From assembly GCA_050633245.1 (NCBI GenBank), contig JBOEGD010000027.1, forward strand, positions 8,339-72,338: a DNA stretch of 64,000 nt, given 5' to 3'. The DNA comes from Calditrichia bacterium (GTDB lineage: Bacteria; Calditrichota; Calditrichia; RBG-13-44-9; J075). The notes under the pieces were generated by a model that did no database searches, had not been told where the DNA came from, and saw only the letters and a list, made by a program, of their open reading frames with translations. Of this stretch, positions 19,703-28,572 are shown in pieces. The position numbers and the translations under genes are program-made. Every line of letters begins with the position of its first letter. Positions within the stretch are counted from its first letter, which is position 1.

Positions 19703-21751
19703 TTATTTGGGGGCAGAACGAAACTGAGCGATCTGCGACTGTAACTTGAGTGCCGGTTGATAGGAAGGATTTAGGGAAAGGCAGGCAGCAAGTGAACGTC
19801 CTGCTTTTTCGAAGTCTTTCAGATTCGCAAAACTGATGGCAAGTAAATAGTTAGCCACGGTCTTCTGCTCGACAGAGAGCACCTTTCGCTCCGCTTCAGA
19901 GCGAAGCGCAATAGTCAAATGTTCAACAGCTTCTGGGAATCTACCCGCAGAGACCAATGCGCTTCCCAGCTTGGCCAACACAAATGGATTTTTGTCATCA
20001 GGAACAAGCGCACGCTTATACCACTGGAATGCGAGAGCGCGGCGCTCCAACACGACAAGTAAATCGCCAATCCGCATCGCGGGATAATAATTATTCGGGA
20101 ATGCCTTCCGCACCGCCGTGAACTCAGCTACTGCCCCATTCGTATCCCCTGCCCTGGCCAATGAGTCTCCCAAGGCATAATGCGCCTCATCCCAATTCAC
20201 TTTTTTTTGCAGATGTTGCCATGCCAACTGTCGCAAAAACTCAGGCTGATCGGAATAGTAATCCTTTGGACGAACATCCAAATTAGCGAAAGGCCAGCGA
20301 TGAGTGAGCAAAAAAATACGCAAGGCGCCTATTTCTTCATCAAGTGCCGTTACACCAGCACGGTCGCGGGGGGCTTGCTTAATTATTTGCTGAATTTCTG
20401 CGTCGGAGAGCAGTGAATCGCTCCAGCCAACCAATGAATCATTGGTCAACACCTGTATTTTTTGCAAAACTTCGAAAAAGGTTTGCGCCATTAGCTGATA
20501 GCCAAAGAGGTTCGGATGAAGATGCTCCATAAAAAGCGCATTCCCGGGCAGCTGATCTTCACTTGCAGTGCGAAAGACCTGCTTCATATCGACCAGGGCA
20601 ACATCCTGCTCGCGAGCGAGCTTTGCGATTCGCCTGTTTATCTCAGTCGGTGCGCGAAACGGCAGCATATCAAGATCGCGCGCCTGCTGATAAAGCTTAA
20701 GAGCCGAATCCGGGCTGCCAGACTGCCGTTGCACAATGGCCTTAGTGTATTGCCGACGCGCAGAGCTGCTATCAATCGAAGTGAGAAGCTCATCTGCTTG
20801 CTTAAACCTTCCCGCAGCTGCGTGTGACTGTGCCTCAAGCAAACGGCTATTCATACGGGCCTGTTCGACGGCAGACTGCTCTCGGACACTCCCGGAAACA
20901 AACGGAGGCTGGTCGGCAAGATTCGACACCAAATTGCTCAATACGACCTGAATACCGGCCTGCTTTGCTTCACGGAGAATGGTGGATAGATTGTCTTCAA
21001 ACTGTTGATAGGCTCGCTGGCGCAGTGGTGAATCGGGAGTTACCAGATTCTCTGCAGCCATGGCCTTCATCAACGATTCCGGCTGTTTCGCTGTGCTGTC
21101 CGGAGAAGCAAATCCAGATAAAACGTCACGCATAATATTAACCAGATGAAATTTTCTGAGCCGCAAATAGAGTTTGTTCAGACGATGACTTCCGCTGACA
21201 AACTGCGTCGAAGCAGCCCCATAGGCTCCATAGAACTCATTGTGCCCCATGTAAATGACCATCACATCTGGCTGCAGGTTCAACATTTCCGGTAATAAGT
21301 CTACCACTGAATAGCTATTTATTGCGGAAATTCCCAGATTGATGACTTCAACGTAATTATCGAGGAGTGATTCTCGCAGACGATGCTGAAGCTGAAACGG
21401 GAAGGTAGCATTAATCTCATATGGGAACCCGGCCGTTGTCGATCCACCAATGCAGAGCACCCGCAGGCTATTCGGACGTCGCGTTGCTTCAAAAATTTCT
21501 TCTGAAGCCTCTGGCACCATCGATTCATCAAGTGAGAAATAGCGCTGCGCAACCTTGCGATTCACAATCAGATTTCCCTCGCCAAAACGGCTCTCCTGAA
21601 TAACAAGAGGCTGTTGACCACCAACTCCGGCCAAACGTAGAATACCCTCCAGCACCAACAATAGCAATACAGGTATTGCGATAGCTACTAACGTGAACAG
21701 CATCTTTTTTGGCCAGCTGAGCGTCGGTATTTTTGTGGCTTTCTTTGTCAC
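19703..21751 (-). CDS. Membrane-anchored SGNH/GDSL hydrolase-family protein with TPR repeats
   Basis: N-terminal TM; block I GGSTTAG, block II NLGISA, block III GHNEFYG, block V EHLHPN; helical TPR-like C-terminus. Confidence 0.8.
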   Translation of the reverse strand: MTKKATKIPTLSWPKKMLFTLVAIAIPVLLLLVLEGILRLAGVGGQQPLVIQESRFGEGNLIVNRKVAQRYFSLDESMVPEASEEIFEATRRPNSLRVLCIGGSTTAGFPYEINATFPFQLQHRLRESLLDNYVEVINLGISAINSYSVVDLLPEMLNLQPDVMVIYMGHNEFYGAYGAASTQFVSGSHRLNKLYLRLRKFHLVNIMRDVLSGFASPDSTAKQPESLMKAMAAENLVTPDSPLRQRAYQQFEDNLSTILREAKQAGIQVVLSNLVSNLADQPPFVSGSVREQSAVEQARMNSRLLEAQSHAAAGRFKQADELLTSIDSSSARRQYTKAIVQRQSGSPDSALKLYQQARDLDMLPFRAPTEINRRIAKLAREQDVALVDMKQVFRTASEDQLPGNALFMEHLHPNLFGYQLMAQTFFEVLQKIQVLTNDSLVGWSDSLLSDAEIQQIIKQAPRDRAGVTALDEEIGALRIFLLTHRWPFANLDVRPKDYYSDQPEFLRQLAWQHLQKKVNWDEAHYALGDSLARAGDTNGAVAEFTAVRKAFPNNYYPAMRIGDLLVVLERRALAFQWYKRALVPDDKNPFVLAKLGSALVSAGRFPEAVEHLTIALRSEAERKVLSVEQKTVANYLLAISFANLKDFEKAGRSLAACLSLNPSYQPALKLQSQIAQFRSAPK

Positions 21752-21752
21752 A

Positions 21753-23651
21753 TCAATTCTCTGGCTGAAGTATCATCATCTGATAGGGCATTAGGCGAAA
21801 TCCCAATGCGCCTTCAGTCGCTTCTATGCCAACATTATTTGTAAGGCTCAAAAATTTCGTATATCCCTGCAGTTCATCAGAGTTCAGCGTGAACTGACCT
21901 GGTTCTGCTGAACTGTTGAGGATAATTAGCAGTTGGTTTTCTTCCAGGGAACGCCAATATGCCAACACATGTGGATCGTCGAAGGTCAAGAATTGTGTTT
22001 CACCAATGGAAAGACATCTGTTTTCACCTCGAATATCGATCAAATCCTTATAAAACTGCAGCATTTCAACATCAACAGAAACCTTATCTGCGGGGCGTGT
22101 TTTATTGACATCCGGGTGGCTTTTTTCAACACTATAGTTAAAATCGGGCCAGACCATTGGCTTGCGACAAGAAGGGTCATCTCCGCCCCACATACCGACT
22201 TCATCTCCATAATATATCAAAGGGGCGCCGGGGAGCGTCATTTGCATTGCAATAATATTTTTCTGCATCTCCCGCTGCATTTGGCTGGGTTTTTGAATTA
22301 CATAGTCGGGGTTATTCATAACGTCGCCGGCATGATCATACCAACGGTCCGGATTTTGAATTTGAGATGCCAGTCGATCCACATCATGTCCACTCAACAT
22401 ATTCCAGACAAGATATTTATTATCTGGATAGTCTGAGAAAATCGTCTGCATTGTATCTACAAATGCAGAAGCAGAAACCTTTGTTTTTTCATCAATTACA
22501 AGCTGTTTAACAGCACGTGAGAAGCGATAATTTTTAACAGCATCAAAAGCCCCATCAAACCAGGGTGCGGCATTAAACATGCGATTCTTATCATAGTCTT
22601 CCCACCACACTTCCCCAACCAGATATGCGTTCGGATTGATCTCACGAACCCAGGTGCGAAACTCCTTCCAAAACTCAACACGCACTTTTTCAGCTACGTC
22701 CAATCGCCAGCCATCAATTCCATCAGACGGATCACCATCTCCGTTGGGATCCATCCAGCGCCGCACAATGTGTTTAAAATGTTCGGTAACTCCCGGTTCG
22801 AAACCGCTATCAGACTCTACAAATTCTGGCAAATCACGAATACCCAGCCAACCCTCGTAAGCAAATTCGTTTTCAGCAGTTTCGGGGTTATCCCACCGCG
22901 TAATCGAGAACCAATCGCGATAAGGCGACTTCTGTTGATTCTTCACGACATCTTCGAACGCCCAGAAGCGTCGCCCAACGTGATTAAATACGCCATCAAG
23001 CACCACTCGGATGTTGCGCTTATGGCACTCTTCGATCAGCTTTAGAAAAAGTTTATCTGCAGAGGTCCATTTCCAGGTTGAGGGATCCGCAGGATCTTCG
23101 GTTGCCCAAATAGCCGCATCTCCCTGCGGGTCCGGCCCAAAGTTATTATCTACATGGTGATAGGAGCTGGCATTGTATTTATGAAGTGACGGAGATTCAA
23201 AAACCGGATTTAAATAGATACCGGTAATACCAAGATCTTCCAGATACGTCAGTTGATCGATAATCCCCTGCAAATCTCCGCCGTATCTCCTTAATCCAGC
23301 TGTTGCGCCGAAGTTGGCTTCACCCTCTTTTGCCCAATCGAAATGCGCATGCCATTCGATGCCCTGCTCCCAGGGCTGAAAAGCGTACCAATCGGATGTC
23401 CAGGGCGAAATCTGCCAATCTTTTGGAGTAAAATAGGGCCAGCCGCCTGCCATATCTTGCGGGACGGGATCATTTGCAGCATCACCGTTGCGGAATCGTT
23501 CGGGGAATATTTGATACCATACCACTTCAGCAGCCCAGTCAGCCCCTTCCGGTGCGACCAAACTGGTGTTTTCGGCAGGAATACAGCTAATGCCGAGGAC
23601 AATCAGGCTAAATAAAAAGCCATATCTTAATGGATGCACATGACCCTCCAA
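21753..23651 (-). CDS. GH13 neopullulanase/cyclomaltodextrinase-like lipoprotein
   Basis: Lipobox GISC; WYQIFPERF, GGDLQG, LDGVFNH, GWRLDVAE, VGEVW and GHDVDR, so the catalytic triad is intact. Confidence 0.9.
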   Translation of the reverse strand: MEGHVHPLRYGFLFSLIVLGISCIPAENTSLVAPEGADWAAEVVWYQIFPERFRNGDAANDPVPQDMAGGWPYFTPKDWQISPWTSDWYAFQPWEQGIEWHAHFDWAKEGEANFGATAGLRRYGGDLQGIIDQLTYLEDLGITGIYLNPVFESPSLHKYNASSYHHVDNNFGPDPQGDAAIWATEDPADPSTWKWTSADKLFLKLIEECHKRNIRVVLDGVFNHVGRRFWAFEDVVKNQQKSPYRDWFSITRWDNPETAENEFAYEGWLGIRDLPEFVESDSGFEPGVTEHFKHIVRRWMDPNGDGDPSDGIDGWRLDVAEKVRVEFWKEFRTWVREINPNAYLVGEVWWEDYDKNRMFNAAPWFDGAFDAVKNYRFSRAVKQLVIDEKTKVSASAFVDTMQTIFSDYPDNKYLVWNMLSGHDVDRLASQIQNPDRWYDHAGDVMNNPDYVIQKPSQMQREMQKNIIAMQMTLPGAPLIYYGDEVGMWGGDDPSCRKPMVWPDFNYSVEKSHPDVNKTRPADKVSVDVEMLQFYKDLIDIRGENRCLSIGETQFLTFDDPHVLAYWRSLEENQLLIILNSSAEPGQFTLNSDELQGYTKFLSLTNNVGIEATEGALGFRLMPYQMMILQPEN

Positions 23652-23770
23652 ACCAATGCCTTACAGCATCGATGCGATCTTAAACTTGTCGTAAAAAATT
23701 GAAAAAAGTAACGGAATTCCGTTGGATTCTGCAAGGAGAGATTTACAAAACAGTGATCTGGCCAGACAAT

Positions 23771-24745
23771 TTATTTCAATTGTGCCGGCGGACGTGTCGC
23801 CACACCTTCGATACGAATAAGCTCCGTGGTAATCGAGCCAACCGCGACTTTCGACTTCATTTGAACAGGAATCTTGTATTTATCGTCCGTCAACCATACC
23901 CAAAGCTTACCTTTTTGCTTAAAGAGCGCATCTCCTTTTAGTACCGGCTGAACTTTAATACAGCGAAATTTTCCCGCCTTAACCTTAATGGTCTCTTTCT
24001 TCTCGATAATCACGCGAAGGTCATAAATTTTCTTGTTGTCATGGTTCGTCATATATATGGGCATTCCAACTTCCAGATCCTGCGTCCTTACATAATAAAA
24101 TGAGCCAAGAATGTCCAATACGTATTCCGGAATATCAACAGCGAACTCTTTTGTTTTGCGGACTCTTAGCGGCTCATCTTTATGGTAGCGGATGGTTTTT
24201 ACATCGGCGCTTCCCCCGGCCTGATTATAATCGACCAGTAAGTCGAATTTATAGCCACCTTCGCGCAGCTTTTTTGAAAAATACCACGAGAAAAAGCCCT
24301 TGGCATCCAGGTGTGTTTCTACCTCATCGCGCACCTTAAAGAATGGATCGAATCCCCGGCTGGATCTTGCAGTCGAAACAATTTTATAGGCTTCACGCTC
24401 ATCACCGATTGTAAAGCGCTCTCTAACTTCCATAGTCGCCTCGCCAGCTTTTATCCAACCGTAGCGAATCTTAAATGTCAGTTTTTCTCCTACTTCAAAG
24501 GCACCATTCTCGATCACACGATCGAGCAAATGTACTTCCTTTTTAACAGTTGTATCTGCATCCTGAATAGAAGCAGAGTCCGGATGAATCACAGCTCCGG
24601 AATCCGCCTGCACACCCGGATCTAAATCGCCGCTGTTCGAATTGCTGCTATCTGGTTGTTGAGAAAAAACTGCTGTGCAGTTCAAGAGTATGTATATAAT
24701 AAAATGATAATGACAACATCGAAAAATTCGCATAACAAACCTCAT
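23771..24745 (-). CDS. DUF3108-family exported protein
   Basis: AFEVGEKLTFKIRYG, FFKVRDEV, ETIKVKAGKFRCIK and VWLTDD...IPV pattern; signal peptide. Confidence 0.7.
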   Translation of the reverse strand: MRFVMRIFRCCHYHFIIYILLNCTAVFSQQPDSSNSNSGDLDPGVQADSGAVIHPDSASIQDADTTVKKEVHLLDRVIENGAFEVGEKLTFKIRYGWIKAGEATMEVRERFTIGDEREAYKIVSTARSSRGFDPFFKVRDEVETHLDAKGFFSWYFSKKLREGGYKFDLLVDYNQAGGSADVKTIRYHKDEPLRVRKTKEFAVDIPEYVLDILGSFYYVRTQDLEVGMPIYMTNHDNKKIYDLRVIIEKKETIKVKAGKFRCIKVQPVLKGDALFKQKGKLWVWLTDDKYKIPVQMKSKVAVGSITTELIRIEGVATRPPAQLK

Positions 24746-24820
24746 TCCACTCGAAAAACAACAAACACGTAAATATCTGTTTTAAAAACACTTAAACACA
24801 GCGAACACTCGTAAACATTC

Positions 24821-24857
24821 ATCTGAGTAACTTAGAAGCAGGCCAGAGCATTCGCAA
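24821..24857 (-). promoter_or_regulatory. Putative promoter overlapped by a half-copy of the 19505 palindrome
   Basis: Minus strand TTGCGA-N17-TAAGTT. ATCTGAGTAACT (24821-24832) is identical to 19517-19528. Confidence 0.5.
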
Positions 24858-24973
24858 GTAAAAATCGCCTACTGCATATAATATCTATTTTATCGGCAGT
24901 TGTTTCCGATAAAAAACAAAAAAGGTGAAATTTATTTCTAAAGTTGGACTTGGGAAGGCCGATGATTTTCAGA

Positions 24974-26461
24974 CTACCGGAATAATAACGTTTTTATTTT
25001 CTCGATGGCAGGCTTTAGCGTGGGGTCTGCATCAAGCTCTTTGACAATCTTGTTATATGCATACAACACGGATGCGTGGTGAAGGTTTGAAAAGTGATAT
25101 CCAATGGTATTAAGCGACTCGGAAGTAAGCTCACGGCAGAGATAAATGGCCACTTGCCTGACCCGAACAATCTTCTTTTTCCTCGAGACTCCCTGAACGA
25201 CATCAATCGGCATCTGATAGAAATCTGAAGCAGCCTTTACGATCTCATCTACCCGCAGGGCGCGGCGTGAAATGCGAAAGTTTGTGCTGACATCAGCTTG
25301 CGGACAAATATTAGATACGATATATCTAACGTCATCCAGTTCCATTCCATGATCCATCAGAGACATCTGAGCCGTCAGGCGAACCATCACAGAATGCAGT
25401 TGGTGCATATTGCCGTTTAGGTTATCACTAAGAAAGTGAATGATCTTTTCATCAAGGAAGAGCTCATTTTTCTTTAGATATTGGCGGATTATTTTTTCAC
25501 GTGAAGCATAATCTGCACCCGGCATATCAATAATTAGCCCCTGATGGAAGAGCGCGAGTAAACCAGTCTGAAAATTGGGAAGGAGGGCTGGTGCCTGGTT
25601 GCAGGTTAACACAATCTGCACTCCCTTCTGAACAAGCTGTGTAAGGATAAAGCTAAGCGTTTCTTGTGACTTCATTTTCCCGGCAAGGAAGGAAAGGTCG
25701 TCCAGCAGGAACATATCTGCACGCGTAAGGGTGTTGATAAATTTTTGAATTCTGCCACTTTGCAGCGAATACACATAGTCATGTAGAAAACGTTCACTGC
25801 TCATGCAGACAATTTTTGCCTTGGGATTGGCATTCTTAAGGCAATTTCCTATTCCATGCAGCAAATGAGATTTTCCACTACCGCTATTGCCGAAGAGTAC
25901 AAGTGGCGAAAAACCATCTCTACCGGGATTCTCTGCTACTCGCTGTGCCGCACGCAAGGCCATTTTATCTGCGGGGCCGGCAACATATGCTTCCAGATAA
26001 AATCTGGAGTCTAAATAGCAACTCGCATCCTCATCATTAGAATGCGTCTCTATTGCTGTCGGAATAATATTGTCGGGTGGATCATCGAGTGGTCCGGGCT
26101 GAAGATCGTCCGCAGGCACTTCGGATTTGTCCTGTGCAGATGCAGCAACATGGAATTCCATGCGTACATCCGGACCGCAAACATCGGCAATAATCTCGTT
26201 CAGAAGATTACCATAGTGTGTTTCCACCCATTCACAAAAGAATCGGGAAGGAACACGCAACAGTAATGTGCTGTCCTGAATGGTTACAGCAGCAATCGGT
26301 GCAAACCAGGTTTGGTAGGTTTGAGCGTTTACATGGCCTTCTGCCAATGCAAGACACGCATTCCACTTTTCCTGGACTGTCTGATCTGATCGCTCTGAAG
26401 GTCGAGACTTCTCTTGACTGCCGGAGACCATTTTTACCTGTACCGCCTGTACGTGGTTCAT
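24974..26461 (-). CDS. dnaA: DnaA-family protein, divergent paralog with all four domains but several key residues lost
   Basis: Domain I TYQTWF...LRVPSRFF; Walker A GNSGSGKS; Walker B LLDD; domain IV RQVAIYLCRELT...IG. Arginine finger, sensor II and the RDHTTV signature are altered, and dnaN is not adjacent. Confidence 0.8.
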   Translation of the reverse strand: MNHVQAVQVKMVSGSQEKSRPSERSDQTVQEKWNACLALAEGHVNAQTYQTWFAPIAAVTIQDSTLLLRVPSRFFCEWVETHYGNLLNEIIADVCGPDVRMEFHVAASAQDKSEVPADDLQPGPLDDPPDNIIPTAIETHSNDEDASCYLDSRFYLEAYVAGPADKMALRAAQRVAENPGRDGFSPLVLFGNSGSGKSHLLHGIGNCLKNANPKAKIVCMSSERFLHDYVYSLQSGRIQKFINTLTRADMFLLDDLSFLAGKMKSQETLSFILTQLVQKGVQIVLTCNQAPALLPNFQTGLLALFHQGLIIDMPGADYASREKIIRQYLKKNELFLDEKIIHFLSDNLNGNMHQLHSVMVRLTAQMSLMDHGMELDDVRYIVSNICPQADVSTNFRISRRALRVDEIVKAASDFYQMPIDVVQGVSRKKKIVRVRQVAIYLCRELTSESLNTIGYHFSNLHHASVLYAYNKIVKELDADPTLKPAIEKIKTLLFR

Positions 26462-26612
26462 TATAGCGTAAAACCCGCGCTATCAACTGGTTTAACTACT
26501 CGAAACTGTGTTAGTACATCCGTCATGGATGCTTAGTAATGTGTTTGTACGACGAGGTCAAGTGGGCGCGATCAATATTGTGACTTCGGCGACTCCCCCC
26601 AAAAGGGATGAA

Positions 26613-26641
26613 AGTATATCAAATTGGATTCGTATTTTCAA
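26613..26641 (-). promoter_or_regulatory. Putative sigma70 promoter of the dnaA-like gene
   Basis: Minus strand TTGAAA-N17-TATACT, with TG just upstream of the -10. Confidence 0.55.
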
Positions 26642-26674
26642 ATTATTCAGGCTAAATAATCAGAAACTTTTTAA

Positions 26675-26690
26675 TGTTTCACGTTAAACA
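26675..26690. promoter_or_regulatory. parS-like site
   Basis: TGTTTCACGTTAAACA matches the canonical parS TGTTTCACGTGAAACA at 15/16. Confidence 0.6.
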
Positions 26691-26849
26691 TAGTGTTTAT
26701 GCCGTGTTAACAAGTACTTAGCGGAAATGAAATATTTTAGTGTAATATTTCTTAACAACCTGTTTGGAATCATGTCAGCAGAATCCTACATTTAAAGCTT
26801 TTTATTTTTTTCCTATTAAACCCTTTTCTAAGAAAAAATTTTATAGACA

Positions 26850-26865
26850 AGTGATTAATATCACA
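26850..26865. promoter_or_regulatory. CRP-like box
   Basis: AGTGA-TTAATA-TCACA matches TGTGA-N6-TCACA at 9/10. Confidence 0.4.
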
Positions 26866-26965
26866 CACTCCTTTCCAGACACCCAGCAACCAAGAAATAG
26901 ATCAAGTCATTTAAAAACAACTACTTAACTGCCAAGCGATGTTCCACATCACACGATTTTACCAA

Positions 26966-26981
26966 TGTGATATTGGTCATG
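26966..26981. promoter_or_regulatory. Weaker CRP-like box
   Basis: TGTGA-TATTGG-TCATG matches at 8/10. Confidence 0.3.
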
Positions 26982-27249
26982 ACACAAAATCACGCTTGAA
27001 ACCGGGCTCAAATTCCCAACTGATTTCATTTCCGTTGCAGATCGGAAAAAGTTGATAAACGTGCAGAACGTGCACAGCCATAAAAAGGTAGTAAAGTCGG
27101 CCTAAGTAAAGTGGGTTTCAGTGAACTTAGAACGAGAGCAAAAAGAATGTTTCACGCTGAAAAATATGGAGGTTACAGGAAATCGAAAGGATATCTAAAA
27201 TGGTTGAGACGCGAGATATTTAGCGGGACAAATTTGCAGTAAAATCATA

Positions 27250-27275
27250 CCCGGAAGGTTGCATAATCTCCCGGG
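27250..27275 (-). terminator. Terminator-like hairpin after the GWxTD gene
   Basis: Minus strand CCCGGGAGATT-atgc-AACCTTCCGGG, then TATGATTTT. Confidence 0.5.
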
Positions 27276-27285
27276 CCTCGTCAGG

Positions 27286-28572
27286 TCAATTTTCGTATTC
27301 AACCTGAAAGTAGGATGGGTGAAGGTTGTAATCTCCAAAGCCGGTTCGATCTATAAACAAGAAAGTTTTACGCAGTGAATAATAACGCCAAATCTGATAG
27401 GGATAGGAATCCTGGGCAAATGGATGCCGCTCCACATCATCAGGTTCACCAAATTTAATGAAGATTCTACCGCGATCGGTCAGCCAGCCGGCCTGAGACG
27501 TAGCACTAAACCTCTCTGTTGAATAATTTACCCGGCGATAGTACTCACGCAGAAGCTCATTCACCTCAGTATCCGGATTAGGGTCCTGAGAGTCCCAGAA
27601 GCGCTCAAAGAAGTTCTTCTTGTCTTCATAAGGCGCTTTTCTATATTTCTTAATCGAATCGGTGTTAGCAATATAGCGAAGCTGCTCTATTGCCAGGTTC
27701 AAATCCTCTCGATTATCCGGAACAAACCGCCAGAAGAATCTTAGTGGTGCTGAAGCAATTAGGCTGGTAGTTCCGCTCTTCACTTCAAGCTCCATCTGAT
27801 ACTGATTCTCGCCCAGACTGTAGCGATTTAGCTTAATGAAATGTTCCTGATAATTACTACTATCCAGTTGGTAGCTATTTTGCAGCACCGGTAAATTCTG
27901 CTGATCTCGAACGACATAATGCACCTTTGCCTCATCCGAATTAGAAGACCAGGTAGAAAAATAGGCATATAGCGTTTTTGAGTTGCTTGAAAAGGAGTTG
28001 CTCAGTGTCGGGCTAAAAGCGGTTATTCGACCTGAGCTATCGGTTTTATGCTCACTGAAGAACAAAATATCACTGATAACCAGACGTGCGTTGTCAGCGT
28101 CGTTCGCAACTAATGGCGGCATATCATAGTTGATCTTGCGCGTAAACTGCTTGGCGCTATTCAGATCAGTTACAGTAAGCGTAACCGCATACGTGCCAGG
28201 CTGCACCGCAATGTCGGTATAAAACGTATTAATGTGCTTTTTAGAATTGGTCGCATTATAATCGCGGGCAATCACCTTACGGGTAATGGTGCGATTGAAA
28301 ACAAACTCTTCACTCTCATTGCGAAAATAAACTTCCAGCTGGAGCTCGGCATCAAACACATCTTCGTTTTTTAAGAAAGTAAGCTGATCGTTTTGAATCT
28401 GCATATAGATGCGTGCCATCGGCTCGCCTGTCGTTGGCATCAGCGTAGAGGCAATTTTGGCAACAAAGACCGGGAGCCCCACCACATCACGTGACCGTTG
28501 CTGTAACTGCGCAAATAAAGTGGAACCATATAAGAGTGTGGCAAGAACTACAATAACAGATCGGGTTTTCAT
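27286..28572 (-). CDS. GWxTD domain-containing exported protein
   Basis: Signal peptide; FW...DPNPDT.VNE...EYYRRV and GWLTDRGRIFIKFGEPD. Confidence 0.85.
   Translation of the reverse strand: MKTRSVIVVLATLLYGSTLFAQLQQRSRDVVGLPVFVAKIASTLMPTTGEPMARIYMQIQNDQLTFLKNEDVFDAELQLEVYFRNESEEFVFNRTITRKVIARDYNATNSKKHINTFYTDIAVQPGTYAVTLTVTDLNSAKQFTRKINYDMPPLVANDADNARLVISDILFFSEHKTDSSGRITAFSPTLSNSFSSNSKTLYAYFSTWSSNSDEAKVHYVVRDQQNLPVLQNSYQLDSSNYQEHFIKLNRYSLGENQYQMELEVKSGTTSLIASAPLRFFWRFVPDNREDLNLAIEQLRYIANTDSIKKYRKAPYEDKKNFFERFWDSQDPNPDTEVNELLREYYRRVNYSTERFSATSQAGWLTDRGRIFIKFGEPDDVERHPFAQDSYPYQIWRYYSLRKTFLFIDRTGFGDYNLHPSYFQVEYEN

Noticed and set aside
24755-24818. AAACAC-like short repeats as iterons or binding sites for the DnaA paralog
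   Set aside because: Spacing is irregular (8-10 bp) in low-complexity A/C-rich sequence and cannot be distinguished from chance.
26462-27285. oriC next to the dnaA-like gene
   Set aside because: No perfect TTATCCACA box or box cluster was seen (best is TTATAGACA at 26841), dnaN is absent, and gene orientation does not switch across the region.
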